This document shows, piece by piece, positions 29,822 through 39,611 of a stretch of 64,000 nucleotides of DNA. The notes beneath the pieces were generated by a model. That model was not told the origin of the DNA. It saw only the letters and a program-made list of their open reading frames with translations, and searched no databases. A program made the position numbers and the translations under genes. The stretch covers positions 16,950-80,949 of the forward strand of contig CAZJBV010000003.1 of NCBI GenBank assembly GCA_964544585.1, written 5' to 3'. Position 1 is the stretch's first letter; every line of letters starts with the position of its first letter. Origin of the DNA: an uncultured Gammaproteobacteria bacterium. GTDB lineage: Bacteria; Patescibacteriota; Microgenomatia; 2-02-FULL-39-11.

Positions 29822-30622
29822 TTATTCCCATTTGAAAAGGTACATCCAAAAAGCAATAGCCAAGACAATCCTATAAACTCCGAAAGGAATAAAAGTATGA
29901 TGAGCAATATACCTTAAAAAATATTTCATCGTTAAATAGGCTGTCATAAATGAACCAAAAAATCCGATAGCCAAAAGAGTAAATTCATTCATACTAAAAT
30001 AAAACCCACTTTTAAATAAATCATAACCAGTTGCCGCCATCATAGTCGGTACCGCCAAAAGAAAGGAGAATAAAACGGCCTCTTTTCGTGAAAGTCCGAT
30101 AAAAATTCCTCCGAATATGGTTGCCGCAGCTCTGGAAACGCCAGGAACGACCGAAAAAGATTGGACAACTCCAATCAGAAATGATTGTTGCGCGGAAAGA
30201 GTTGAAAGATTTATTCTTACTTTGTGAGAGGCTAGATATTTATACTCAATAAAAATAAGAAGGACACCCCCTAAAAAAAGCATAAGCGTAGTCAAAAAAC
30301 TATTTCCAATTAAAAACCCTTTAATTACCGGATAAAATAAAAATCCCACCACCAACGTAGGCAAAAAAGCAATAAAAAGAGTACGCCATATATTCTTTTG
30401 AGTAAAAAGAGTCTTCCAATAAAGTGAAAAAACTGCCAAAATCGCTCCAAGTTGGATAAAAATTTCAAAAGATTTGACAAAAGGAGTTTGAGGAATATTT
30501 AAAAGATTTGAAGCTAAAACCAAATGTCCCGTCGAAGAAATAGGCAAAAATTCTGTAACACCTTCAACAATAGAAAGTATAATAGCTTGTATAATATTCA
30601 CAATTCTTTGAAAGTATAACAT
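29822..30622 (-). CDS. uppP: undecaprenyl-diphosphate phosphatase
   Basis: The BacA motif VEGVTEFLPISSTGHL is present, along with TM helices. Confidence 0.85.
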   Translation of the reverse strand: MLYFQRIVNIIQAIILSIVEGVTEFLPISSTGHLVLASNLLNIPQTPFVKSFEIFIQLGAILAVFSLYWKTLFTQKNIWRTLFIAFLPTLVVGFLFYPVIKGFLIGNSFLTTLMLFLGGVLLIFIEYKYLASHKVRINLSTLSAQQSFLIGVVQSFSVVPGVSRAAATIFGGIFIGLSRKEAVLFSFLLAVPTMMAATGYDLFKSGFYFSMNEFTLLAIGFFGSFMTAYLTMKYFLRYIAHHTFIPFGVYRIVLAIAFWMYLFKWE

Positions 30623-30672
30623 GAAATATATATGCGTTTGCTAAAAATATTTGTATTTGATAGGATAGATTC

Positions 30673-30897
30673 ATGAAAAGACCAGTGAACTTCACAGCAA
30701 TTTCAAAAAAATACGGCCCAGGATACATTGCCAGAATTGAGGGGAAAACAAAAGTTTTAGCAGCTGGAAAAAAAGTGGATATTCTTATGAAAAAAATAAA
30801 AAACATAAAAGAATTTAAAGAAAATAAAGTAGTCATTAGTTGGGTACCCAAGTATGGCCAAAAATACGCTTTTAGAATATCCGTTCGAATTCATTAA
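30673..30897 (+). CDS. small protein, second DUF5678-like partner
   Basis: The 74-aa product is K-rich and ends ...VVISWVP, analogous to the 27438 protein. It overlaps the downstream protease gene. Confidence 0.4.
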   Translation: MKRPVNFTAISKKYGPGYIARIEGKTKVLAAGKKVDILMKKIKNIKEFKENKVVISWVPKYGQKYAFRISVRIH

Positions 30898-31270
30898 AGT
30901 TGATAAGTTAGGAATACTATTTTATCCTGTTGTTAGCATTGAATTGCTAACCATCTATGGTTTCAAGAAATTTGATTTTTTAGTAGACACAGGTGCAGAT
31001 GTAACCACCATTCCATCATCCGTAGCTTCACTTTTACATGTCAATCTTAACAAGTTACCCAAAAGCATCACGGTAGGTATAGGAGGAGTAGAAGTAGCTG
31101 TAAAAGAAACTTTCTTACCGATTCGCATAGATAAATTTAACCTTAAAATACGAGTAAATATTACCGAAGGCGGATCAGCATTCCTTTTAGGTAAAAAAGA
31201 TGTTTTTGAAAATATGTTTAGCTTAAGATTAGATTCAGTGAAAAAATTGACGATTCTGGAAAAGAATTAA
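30854..31270 (+). CDS. retropepsin-like aspartic peptidase (second copy)
   Basis: The catalytic motif appears as FLVDTGADVTTIP. Confidence 0.65.
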   Translation: MAKNTLLEYPFEFIKVDKLGILFYPVVSIELLTIYGFKKFDFLVDTGADVTTIPSSVASLLHVNLNKLPKSITVGIGGVEVAVKETFLPIRIDKFNLKIRVNITEGGSAFLLGKKDVFENMFSLRLDSVKKLTILEKN

Positions 31271-31274
31271 AATA

Positions 31275-32033
31275 ATGAAAATTATTTCTTTAAATATATG
31301 GGGCGGTATATTAAGAACCTCTCTTTGTAAATTTCTTAAAAAATATTCACCACAAGTTGATTTTTTCTGTCTTCAAGAAGTTTATTCCTCACCTATCCCC
31401 GAGACTAACCAGAAAGGAATGCATTTTGATATTTACACACAAATAGAAAAAATTCTTCCCAACCATCTAGGTTATTTTTCTCCTTCTTATCAAGTTGATA
31501 CCATCGGTAAGTCGGATCTAAAAATTTTAACGGGATTAGCAATTTTTGTAAAAAAATCTATTCCTATTAAAGAACATGACGAAATCTTTATTTATAGAAA
31601 CAAATCTTTTAAACCAATCAATAATTTTCAAACTGCACCAAGAAATCTACAATTTGTAACTTTTGTTAATAAAAACATTGATTATATTCTTTGCCATTTC
31701 CATGGCATTTGGCATCCAAAAACTAAAGTTGACACAACGGAAAGAATAGAGCAAGCAAATATTATCAAGCAATTTCTGAATCGTTATAAAGACAGAGTAA
31801 TTTTATGTGGTGATTTTAATTTACTTCCTGATACTAAGAGTATTTCAATTTTAGAAAAGGGTATGAGAAATTTAATCAAAGAATATAACATCAAAACAAC
31901 ACGTAATCAGCATTATAAACGAGAAGAAAAATTTACGGATTATATTATTTTATCTCCAGAAATTCCTATCCGGTCATTCCAAGTTATTCAAGATACAGTG
32001 TCAGATCATTTACCTTTACTGCTCGAAATATAA
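31275..32033 (+). CDS. endonuclease/exonuclease/phosphatase (EEP) family protein
   Basis: Motifs FCLQEV, LCGDFN and SDHLPLLLEI are present. Confidence 0.75.
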   Translation: MKIISLNIWGGILRTSLCKFLKKYSPQVDFFCLQEVYSSPIPETNQKGMHFDIYTQIEKILPNHLGYFSPSYQVDTIGKSDLKILTGLAIFVKKSIPIKEHDEIFIYRNKSFKPINNFQTAPRNLQFVTFVNKNIDYILCHFHGIWHPKTKVDTTERIEQANIIKQFLNRYKDRVILCGDFNLLPDTKSISILEKGMRNLIKEYNIKTTRNQHYKREEKFTDYIILSPEIPIRSFQVIQDTVSDHLPLLLEI

Positions 32034-32046
32034 AATAACAATAAGC

Positions 32047-32628
32047 CTAGTGATATTTTCTTGTTATGGAAACGACAATCCCGAAAATAGACAAATGCTC
32101 CTGTGGATAAAGGACAGGGTATTTTTTATTGGCAGGAACTAAACGTATCTTTCCATTTTCTTTAAAAAAATATTTGAGAGTCCACGCTTCATCAATAAAG
32201 GCTGCCACAACATCTCCATTCTTTGGATCATGGTTTTCTTCGATCACCACCATATCTCCATCATAAATACCCGCGTCAATCATAGAATCACCATTTACTT
32301 TCAGAATATAAGAGTGTTCTGGTCTATTTATAAGGTAAGAATCAAACGATAGAGTTTGATAAAGTTGTTCTTCCGAAGGTGTCGGATATCCTGCCTGTAT
32401 CGCGCCTAAAAAGGGAAGAGGATGAAAAAGATTTTTTGGTACAAGCTTACCCGATGAATCTTTCTCCAATATATTAAGTTCAATCAGTTTCTTGGCAATA
32501 TCAAAACTTGCCTTTTTAGAAGCAAATCCCAAAAGTTCTGCCATTTCTTTGTAAGAGGGAAGTCTGCGGTGACTCCGAAAAAAAAGACGCAATTTCTTTG
32601 TGGCAGTTTCGAGATTCATAAAAACCAC
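32047..32628 (-). CDS. lexA: LexA repressor (S24 peptidase)
   Basis: It has an N-terminal wHTH, an Ala-Gly cleavage site (IQAG), and the catalytic Ser and Lys in GDSM...K. Confidence 0.85.
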   Translation of the reverse strand: MVFMNLETATKKLRLFFRSHRRLPSYKEMAELLGFASKKASFDIAKKLIELNILEKDSSGKLVPKNLFHPLPFLGAIQAGYPTPSEEQLYQTLSFDSYLINRPEHSYILKVNGDSMIDAGIYDGDMVVIEENHDPKNGDVVAAFIDEAWTLKYFFKENGKIRLVPANKKYPVLYPQEHLSIFGIVVSITRKYH

Positions 32629-32666
32629 TCTCTAATCGTAGCCCTATCCATATCTCTATCATAGTA

Positions 32667-32680
32667 AACGATCGTTCACT
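32667..32680. promoter_or_regulatory. SOS-box-like palindrome upstream of lexA (GAAC-N4-GTT[T/C] type)
   Basis: AAACGATCGTTCAC lies about 40 nt upstream of the lexA start. AACGATCGTT is a perfect 10-bp palindrome resembling the Gram-positive Cheo box GAAC-N4-GTTC. Confidence 0.45.
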
Positions 32681-32702
32681 TGTCAAGAGGGCAATCTGCA
32701 AA

Positions 32703-34484
32703 TCAAGGGGTAGCCGATAAAAGGCTTCTAATATCAGATCCATTTGTAGTAAAAGTTCGCTTTTCCATAAGCTTATTGGCAAGATACAACCAACTCAAAG
32801 CGTTATGAACTGTATCTACATCCCTGCGGTAATGCTTTTTTGCTTGTCGGCAAAAAGATCTATACAATTTTTTATCAGCAAAAAGGCGCCATAGACTCCG
32901 TACGACACCGTCAATATTTCCCACCGGCTCAACCAAAAACCCATCCAACCCGGAAACGAGTTGAAGCTGAATACCGCCAGTTTTATAAGCAATTACTGGT
33001 TTGCCCTTCATTAAAGCTTCAGTCACTTTCACTTCAAAACCATCCTGATGCGACAGCTGTAAAACAGCATAACTTTCACGCACAAGCGTATTTAGAATTT
33101 GGTCTATATGGGGTAGAAGTGCAATTTTAATATCGTGAGTCAAGTCCGAAAATCTAGCAGACCTAATAGTTTCCAAAGTCAAATGAAAAAGAGGATCTCC
33201 ATCAGGATCATCTATAGATCCATTTCCAGCAATCACCAGCTGGGGACGAATCTGCGAGTGAGAATGTCTTAACATTCTATAACTTTCCAACACATCCGGA
33301 ATACCCTTTGCCGGATCAAAACGGGCAATTTGCACTAAATATGGTCGTGACCTATCAATGGGAGTCTGTCCTGTTTCCAGAAGGTATTTATCAAAAAGCT
33401 TTAAATAGTAGTTTCTTTGGCTTGGCAAAAGAGGTTTATTCAGCCCGTCAAATACATCACTTGTTGCTGGCATAAACACAACTTTTTCAAATGATACATG
33501 AGGAGGCACAAACGAGACAACCGGATGACTTACAAAAAGATCGGCATCTTTTATAGACTGCCACAGAAACTCCCACGTCGCGGCCGAGGGAGAATTGCGA
33601 TCAAACATATGCTCCGTATCCATGTGGATATGAGAGCGATATATACAAAAAGCATTTGGATTTATTTTTTTGATATAAGGTATAAGACCAGCCGGTTGTG
33701 GATCATCTATCACAATCACATCGGACTTTGCAAAAGCCGATTGAAATAAAATGGCATTTTCCTGTATCCAAGCCTTGTAAACTTCAATATCGGAATGTGT
33801 TAGAGATGCTTTTGATTCATGCTGCAAGACATTATGAAATTTCTCTTTGGTAATCTCGAATGCTTCCTTTCGAGGTTCCAACACATACCAATGACTGTCA
33901 ACTCCCAGAAGAGAAAAAAGCCTCAAGAGGGCATGGCGCATAATCGCCACCCCCCCACCGCGAGGTGTGGCGCTTATAAAAGAGATCCTTTTACCGGAGA
34001 ACTTCTTGGATAGTGCTTTTAGCTTCTGAAATGATTCAGGATCTGAATATCTCGCATACTCGTCGAGATCAACGAGGGGTTGAGGAATTACTTCGTTTTG
34101 GGCCGTCAATCTAACTTTAAAAATATTCCCCTCAAAGTGATGCGAAGTAAAAGAGGCAAGTTGGGTCGGAGAAAAATGAAGCTGATGGCCTAAAATAGGA
34201 ACGATATCGAATCTCTTCCAAAGTTTCGAGAAAAGATCATTATAGTTTAGATGGTCGGCCAAAGTTGCGGCCACATATTTAACATTTCTTTTTTCTCCAT
34301 GCTTATTGATAAACCGTAAAATAGAAGATGATAATTTGGAATAAACGGCAACAGGCTGATGTATATACACATTCTCTCCACCAACCTCTGCAATTGTAAA
34401 AGTTTTATTTTTAATAAGAATCCCTAAGTATGCAGGAAGGGGAATACCTAAATGTTCTATCGCAATTTGACTTGTCTTGGGCAT
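32703..34484 (-). CDS. glycosyltransferase family 4 (trehalose-synthase-like GT-B) with about 170-aa N-terminal extension
   Basis: The Gly-rich motif TPRGGGVAIM starts the GT4 core. The C-terminal E-x7-E-like region is GFEVKVTEALMKGKPVI. Confidence 0.55.
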   Translation of the reverse strand: MPKTSQIAIEHLGIPLPAYLGILIKNKTFTIAEVGGENVYIHQPVAVYSKLSSSILRFINKHGEKRNVKYVAATLADHLNYNDLFSKLWKRFDIVPILGHQLHFSPTQLASFTSHHFEGNIFKVRLTAQNEVIPQPLVDLDEYARYSDPESFQKLKALSKKFSGKRISFISATPRGGGVAIMRHALLRLFSLLGVDSHWYVLEPRKEAFEITKEKFHNVLQHESKASLTHSDIEVYKAWIQENAILFQSAFAKSDVIVIDDPQPAGLIPYIKKINPNAFCIYRSHIHMDTEHMFDRNSPSAATWEFLWQSIKDADLFVSHPVVSFVPPHVSFEKVVFMPATSDVFDGLNKPLLPSQRNYYLKLFDKYLLETGQTPIDRSRPYLVQIARFDPAKGIPDVLESYRMLRHSHSQIRPQLVIAGNGSIDDPDGDPLFHLTLETIRSARFSDLTHDIKIALLPHIDQILNTLVRESYAVLQLSHQDGFEVKVTEALMKGKPVIAYKTGGIQLQLVSGLDGFLVEPVGNIDGVVRSLWRLFADKKLYRSFCRQAKKHYRRDVDTVHNALSWLYLANKLMEKRTFTTNGSDIRSLLSATP

Positions 34485-34517
34485 CTGTTAGTTTATAATA
34501 AGGGGAATATATAAAAT

Positions 34518-34994
34518 TTGTCAAAGAGGCAAATGGCAAAAAAAGTATTAATTATTTATGCAACAAACTCTGGGGGCACCCAAATTTCCAGTAATATCAT
34601 CGAAACTATATTCAAACAAAAAGGTCAAGACGTAATATTAAAGAAAGTAAGTAATATTAATCCTGAAGAATTTTCTTCCTTCGATCTAATAATTTTTGGT
34701 TCTCCCAGTTGGGACTATCAGGGAAAAGAAGGCCAATTACACCAAGATTATCTGCCATTTTTAGAAAAGGCAAAAGGCAAAACTTTTCCCGATAAAAAAT
34801 TTGCCGTCTTTGGATTAGGAGATTCATCTTATACCTATTTCTGCGGCTCGGCAACTCATCTAGAAAATCTTGTCAAAAATCTAAATGGCCAAAAAATCGG
34901 AGACACACTACGTATCGACGGCTTCTATTTTAACCAAGATGAAAACTCCAAAAAAGTAGAAGAATGGGCTACCAATCTGGCAAACCAACTATGA
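34518..34994 (+). CDS. flavodoxin
   Basis: The FMN-binding loop is ATNSGGT. A conserved W/Y stacking loop GSPSWDY is also present. Confidence 0.75.
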   Translation: MSKRQMAKKVLIIYATNSGGTQISSNIIETIFKQKGQDVILKKVSNINPEEFSSFDLIIFGSPSWDYQGKEGQLHQDYLPFLEKAKGKTFPDKKFAVFGLGDSSYTYFCGSATHLENLVKNLNGQKIGDTLRIDGFYFNQDENSKKVEEWATNLANQL

Positions 34995-36019
34995 AGACTA
35001 CTCCCTTTTATGACCCTCTTAAGACTTACGAAGAAAATTATCAAGACGGACCATTTGGTGCATTTACCGAAAAAAGAGTTGCCCGACCGCCTTTTATTCC
35101 TTTTGGCATTCCCGCAGGCCCACTCTTAAATGGAAAATTTATAAATAGCGCCCTCAACCATGGTTTTGATATACCTATCCACAAAACAGTCCGCACCAGA
35201 AAATATAAGTGCCACCCTTGGCCAAATGTTTTGGCTGTTCACATAAAGGGAGACCTGACAATAGAAAAAGCATCAAATCAGCTCGTCGCTGACACCAATT
35301 ATTCTTGGCCTTTATCAATCACCAATTCATTCGGCAATCCCTCACGAGATCCCGATATTTGGCAAAAAGACATAAAAAAAAGTGTCAAACACGCAAAAAA
35401 AGGCCAAATGGTCTGGGGCAGTTTTGAAGGAACTCACTGGGACGGATCATCCGCCAAGGATTATATAAATGATTGGGTATTAGGCGCAAAACTTTTGAAA
35501 GAGGCAAACGCCCAGGCCGTCGAGGCAAATTTCTCCTGTCCAAACGAAGGGACGGCCAACCTTCTCTGTTTTGACGTTGCAAAAGTTCAAATTATTTGTA
35601 ATGCGATTAAAAACGAAATTGGCAATACGTCACTATATATAAAGACCGCTTATTATCAAGATCAAAAACTTTTAGAAAAATTGGTCGAGAATGTCGGAAA
35701 AATAGTCGACGGCTTTTCTTCCATAAACACCATCCAGGCAGAAGTCGTCGGCAGAAATGGAAAACAGGCATTGCCGGGCGAGGGAAGAAAAAGAAGCGGA
35801 ATTTGTGGGGAATCAATTAGATGGGCTGGCCTAAATATGGTTGCCCGCTTAAAAAAACTAAGAGAAAAACTCGGATTTTCTTACAAAATAGTAGGTGTAG
35901 GAGGCGTCATGACGGCAAGAGATTATTTTGAATATAGAAAAAATGGAGCAGATATCGTCATGAGCGCCACCGGCGCCATGTGGAATCCACTCCTAGCTCA
36001 AGATATAAAAAAAAGGTAA
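34991..36019 (+). CDS. dihydroorotate dehydrogenase-family TIM-barrel flavoprotein (PyrD-like)
   Basis: It has the NFSCPN motif and the C-terminal FMN-binding GVGGV...SATG. The ATG at 34991 overlaps the flavodoxin stop. Confidence 0.6.
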   Translation: MKTTPFYDPLKTYEENYQDGPFGAFTEKRVARPPFIPFGIPAGPLLNGKFINSALNHGFDIPIHKTVRTRKYKCHPWPNVLAVHIKGDLTIEKASNQLVADTNYSWPLSITNSFGNPSRDPDIWQKDIKKSVKHAKKGQMVWGSFEGTHWDGSSAKDYINDWVLGAKLLKEANAQAVEANFSCPNEGTANLLCFDVAKVQIICNAIKNEIGNTSLYIKTAYYQDQKLLEKLVENVGKIVDGFSSINTIQAEVVGRNGKQALPGEGRKRSGICGESIRWAGLNMVARLKKLREKLGFSYKIVGVGGVMTARDYFEYRKNGADIVMSATGAMWNPLLAQDIKKR

Positions 36020-36021
36020 TT

Positions 36022-36675
36022 ATGGAAGAGGAAATAAAAGAAAAAATTGTCGAATTTTCTCAAAAATACCCCCCCGAGCAACTAACAAAAGGACAAATCA
36101 TAGTCCGGGCAGGTGATATGCCAAAAGGAATTCACTTTTTAGAAAAAGGTTTTATCCGCCAATATGTCCTAAGCAATGATGGCGAGGAAATGACTCTAAA
36201 TATCTTCCGTCCTGTGGCCTTTTTTCCTATTCCCTATGCACTCGATATCTACACACCCAATTATTTTTTTGAAGCCATGGAAGAGTCGCAAGTTCGAATT
36301 GCACCTAAAGAAGATACTCTATTATTTTTAAAAAATAATCCCGATGTGTTATTAGATTTACTGAAACGAGTATTTGTCGGCCTTGAAGGAATACTAGTCC
36401 GGATGGAACACCTCATGTCCGGAGAAGCACACCACAAACTCATTGCAATTCTTATTCTTTCGGCAAAGCGCTTTGGTCAAGAATCTCCAAATGGAATTGC
36501 AATCGATGTAAAACTGACACACAAAGATCTCGCCAGTCAAGCCGGATTAAGTCGCGAAACAGTAAGTAGAGAAATGGCCCGCCTTAAAGGAAAAGGCATA
36601 GTCGACTATACCTCCTCTTCCATTTTGATAAAAAATCTCGAAGATCTGGAAAGAATAATCCGAAAATCGCTGTGA
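36022..36675 (+). CDS. Crp/Fnr family transcriptional regulator
   Basis: It has a cNMP-binding-like N-domain and a C-terminal HTH, THKDLASQAGLSRETVSREMARLK. Confidence 0.7.
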   Translation: MEEEIKEKIVEFSQKYPPEQLTKGQIIVRAGDMPKGIHFLEKGFIRQYVLSNDGEEMTLNIFRPVAFFPIPYALDIYTPNYFFEAMEESQVRIAPKEDTLLFLKNNPDVLLDLLKRVFVGLEGILVRMEHLMSGEAHHKLIAILILSAKRFGQESPNGIAIDVKLTHKDLASQAGLSRETVSREMARLKGKGIVDYTSSSILIKNLEDLERIIRKSL

Positions 36676-36721
36676 CAACTATCACAGCATGCAAATAAAG
36701 ACAAACTATATGCTGATATAA

Positions 36722-37375
36722 ATGCAAAAAGAAAATTTAAATCGCTGGTTCAAAAGTATTGTCATTTCCCTCATCATATTCTTTTTATTTTCAATCTACC
36801 TCTTACTTCGTCGTGGCTATTTCAATCTTTATATCGCCAATAAAGTTTTTGGTTCTAGTGCCGTAATAATCGCCGGACTCACACTTCTCATTGGACCTGT
36901 TAGTAAAAAAATTCAAAACCTAGCAAAATTTATGACTATCCGCCGTCACCTAGGTCTAATTGCTCTCCTTTTTGCGATTATTCATACACTTGTCTCATTT
37001 TTTTTCTTACCGGAAAAATTTCCCCTTTCTTGGTATGGAAAAGAAATAGTCCCAGTTTTTTTTGGATTATTAGCTTTAGGCCTTTGGCTCTATCTAGCTT
37101 ACCTATCCGAAAATGAGAGAATACTAAAAATGGGCTCCGATCTATGGAAAAAACATCTAAGTTTAGGTGGAAAAATAGCTTTTCTTTTTGTCTTTTTCCA
37201 TTTGGTCGTAATGAAGTACCCAGGGTGGTTAAGATGGTTTCAAGGACAAACAAAGCAAACTCCAGAACTTTTAAATCCCGAGTATCCACCCGCAAGTCTC
37301 TTTGTATTTATTGCTATGTTAGGAATAATAGTTTATCGTATTCTTAACGATTATTTTTTACCTCAAAAAAAATAA
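36722..37375 (+). CDS. ferric-reductase-like / MsrQ-like heme-binding membrane protein
   Basis: Six TM helices are predicted. IRRHLGLIALLFAIIHTL and a second conserved His (FFHLVV) are present. Confidence 0.45.
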   Translation: MQKENLNRWFKSIVISLIIFFLFSIYLLLRRGYFNLYIANKVFGSSAVIIAGLTLLIGPVSKKIQNLAKFMTIRRHLGLIALLFAIIHTLVSFFFLPEKFPLSWYGKEIVPVFFGLLALGLWLYLAYLSENERILKMGSDLWKKHLSLGGKIAFLFVFFHLVVMKYPGWLRWFQGQTKQTPELLNPEYPPASLFVFIAMLGIIVYRILNDYFLPQKK

Positions 37376-38137
37376 ATGTTTAATCTTACAGGAAAGGTAG
37401 CCCTCGTTACTGGTGCCTCAAGTGGAATTGGTTACTCGGCAAGCATGGCTCTCGCCAGGGAAGGCGCAAAAGTAGCTGCCGCAGCTCGACGAATCGACCG
37501 CCTGGAAGAACTTGTTTCCAAAATAAAATCTCAAGGAAAAGAAGCTATCGCAGTCAAAATGGACGTCACCAAAAAAGACGAAATTGTTGCTGGAGTTGCT
37601 AAAGCCATTGAGACATTCGGCAGATTAGATATATTGGTAAACAACGCCGGAGTTGCAGATTTTACCCCCTTTTTAGAAATGACCGAAGAACAATGGGATA
37701 AAGTAATCGATACAAATCTAAAAGGATATTTTTTAGTTGCCCAGTCAGCAGCAAAGGAAATGGCCAAAAATAAATGGGGTAGAATTATTAATATTTCCTC
37801 TATCGCCATGGGCGGACAAGGTATCGGTTTTCCGGCAATAGCCCACTATTGCGCCTCAAAAGGTGGAGTAGTCGCATTCACAGAGGCCCTGGCCGACGAA
37901 CTTGCCCCAATGGGAATCTTAGTAAACTGTATTGCTCCGGGTCTTATTGAAACAGAAATGACCCAAAGTATAAAAAGTAATCCCGAGGGATACAATGCAA
38001 TTTTGGCCAAAAATCCCTTAAAACGCGCCGGAAGACCCGAGGAAATCGCAGCAGGAATAGTCTTTTTATCTTCAAATGAAGCTAGCTATACAACCGGCGC
38101 CACCCTCGTCATCGACGGCGGCTGGTTATCTCAATAA
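37376..38137 (+). CDS. SDR family oxidoreductase (FabG-like)
   Basis: Motifs TGASSGIG, NNAG, and the catalytic YxxxK in YCASK are present. Confidence 0.8.
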   Translation: MFNLTGKVALVTGASSGIGYSASMALAREGAKVAAAARRIDRLEELVSKIKSQGKEAIAVKMDVTKKDEIVAGVAKAIETFGRLDILVNNAGVADFTPFLEMTEEQWDKVIDTNLKGYFLVAQSAAKEMAKNKWGRIINISSIAMGGQGIGFPAIAHYCASKGGVVAFTEALADELAPMGILVNCIAPGLIETEMTQSIKSNPEGYNAILAKNPLKRAGRPEEIAAGIVFLSSNEASYTTGATLVIDGGWLSQ

Positions 38138-38425
38138 TTTCTCCGACCAAAAAAAACTGCAACCTTCTTTTCCAACCATAGCACTGTGTTTCACATTTCC
38201 AGTAATAATGAGTTTATCTCCCTTTTGACAAACAAAACTTTCATCACCTACCTTTACATTCATACTTCCCTCTAAAAAGGCTAGAAGCTTGGTTTCCGGA
38301 TGGGTATGAGGAGTATACACAAATCCCGGATTATCAGAAAATTTCATCGGAGTAAAACCCTCATCACGTATTTTGTCTTCTATCTCTTCCTCAGTTAGCC
38401 CAGAATAAAAATCCTTGTAATACAT
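38126..38425 (-). CDS. cupin domain protein
   Basis: Small beta-barrel motifs HTHPETKLLAFLEG...H are present. Confidence 0.55.
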   Translation of the reverse strand: MYYKDFYSGLTEEEIEDKIRDEGFTPMKFSDNPGFVYTPHTHPETKLLAFLEGSMNVKVGDESFVCQKGDKLIITGNVKHSAMVGKEGCSFFWSEKLLR

Positions 38426-38506
38426 AAATTAAGTATATCATTCAAATTCAAATGTAAAGTCTACTTGACATTTGATGTGATGGTGATTACACTAATTTAT
38501 GTATGT

Positions 38507-38707
38507 ATGGAAGAAAAAGTCAAAAATAACGTCCAAATGCTTCGTACTAATTACAACATCACTCAAGAAAAGTTAGCCCAAATACTTAGCGTCTCCAGAC
38601 AAACAATTATTGCTATCGAAAAAGGAAACTATACACCATCAGTTTTGCTGGCATTAAAGATTGCGGACTATTTTAAACTTCCATTGGAAAAAGTTTTTTA
38701 TTTATGA
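38507..38707 (+). CDS. XRE-family HTH transcriptional regulator
   Basis: The internal Met at 38507 gives a product containing ITQEKLAQILSVSRQTIIAIEKG. Confidence 0.65.
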   Translation: MEEKVKNNVQMLRTNYNITQEKLAQILSVSRQTIIAIEKGNYTPSVLLALKIADYFKLPLEKVFYL

Positions 38708-39066
38708 AAGATTTTATAAAAGAGTTTGGCGTAGCATTAGTTTTGTTAATACTTTCAATGCTCCTTTTAAATCCGGGCAATACCTGGATGCCGGGGGAAA
38801 CATCAATGATGATACTGGCAGGTCTCGTCATCACTTTTGTATTCTTTGCGAGTTTCATATACAAAGAAAAAGTATCAGATGAAAGAGAAGCGTATCATCG
38901 ATTTCTTGCCTCTCGCTATGCCTATTTACTAGGCACTTCAGTCCTCGTCCTAGGCGTTACCATACAGACTTTTCAGCATACACTTGACCCTTGGCTCGTT
39001 TTAACCCTAATTACTATGATTCTTGGAAAAATAGCCGGCCAAATTTATGGAAAGATTAAACATTAA
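38704..39066 (+). CDS. small membrane protein (DUF2178-like partner of XRE regulator)
   Basis: Three to four TM segments are predicted. It overlaps the regulator stop. Confidence 0.4.
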   Translation: MKDFIKEFGVALVLLILSMLLLNPGNTWMPGETSMMILAGLVITFVFFASFIYKEKVSDEREAYHRFLASRYAYLLGTSVLVLGVTIQTFQHTLDPWLVLTLITMILGKIAGQIYGKIKH

Positions 39067-39093
39067 TCCGCCAACTGGCGGAAAGGAGAGTCT

Positions 39094-39609
39094 ATGAATA
39101 AAAATTTTGTTTTTGGCGCAATTACTGTCTTAGTCTTATTAGGAGGATCAGTATGGTTTTTTGTCTCAAATAAACCAGCCGAAGAAAAGATGATGGAGAA
39201 AACTGATACTACCCTAGACACAAACATGAAGGCAGAAGGATATCAAGGAAATGTAATAGCCGGCAAAACATCTCCCTATCTCGAGTTTAATAAAAATGAT
39301 TATGATAAAGCTATCAACGAAGGAAAGTTTATAGTCCTCAATTTCTATGCCAACTGGTGTCCCATTTGTCGGCCAGAACAAAAAGAATGGCAAAGCGCAT
39401 TTAACGAGATTACGGATCTAAATGTGATAGGTTTTCGAGTAAATTATAACGATTCAGACACCGACGAAGATGAAAAAAAATTAGCTAAAGAATTTGACAT
39501 CACCTATCAGCACACAAAAGTCATTCTCAAAAATGGAAAAGAAATCTTCAAGGTGACTGAGCAATGGGATAAAGATCAAATTCTCTCTCAAGTAGACAAA
39601 TATAAATAA
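39094..39609 (+). CDS. thioredoxin-like protein (WCPIC active site), N-terminal signal anchor
   Basis: Active-site context is FYANWCPICR. A TM or signal segment is present. Confidence 0.65.
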   Translation: MNKNFVFGAITVLVLLGGSVWFFVSNKPAEEKMMEKTDTTLDTNMKAEGYQGNVIAGKTSPYLEFNKNDYDKAINEGKFIVLNFYANWCPICRPEQKEWQSAFNEITDLNVIGFRVNYNDSDTDEDEKKLAKEFDITYQHTKVILKNGKEIFKVTEQWDKDQILSQVDKYK

Positions 39610-39611
39610 AT

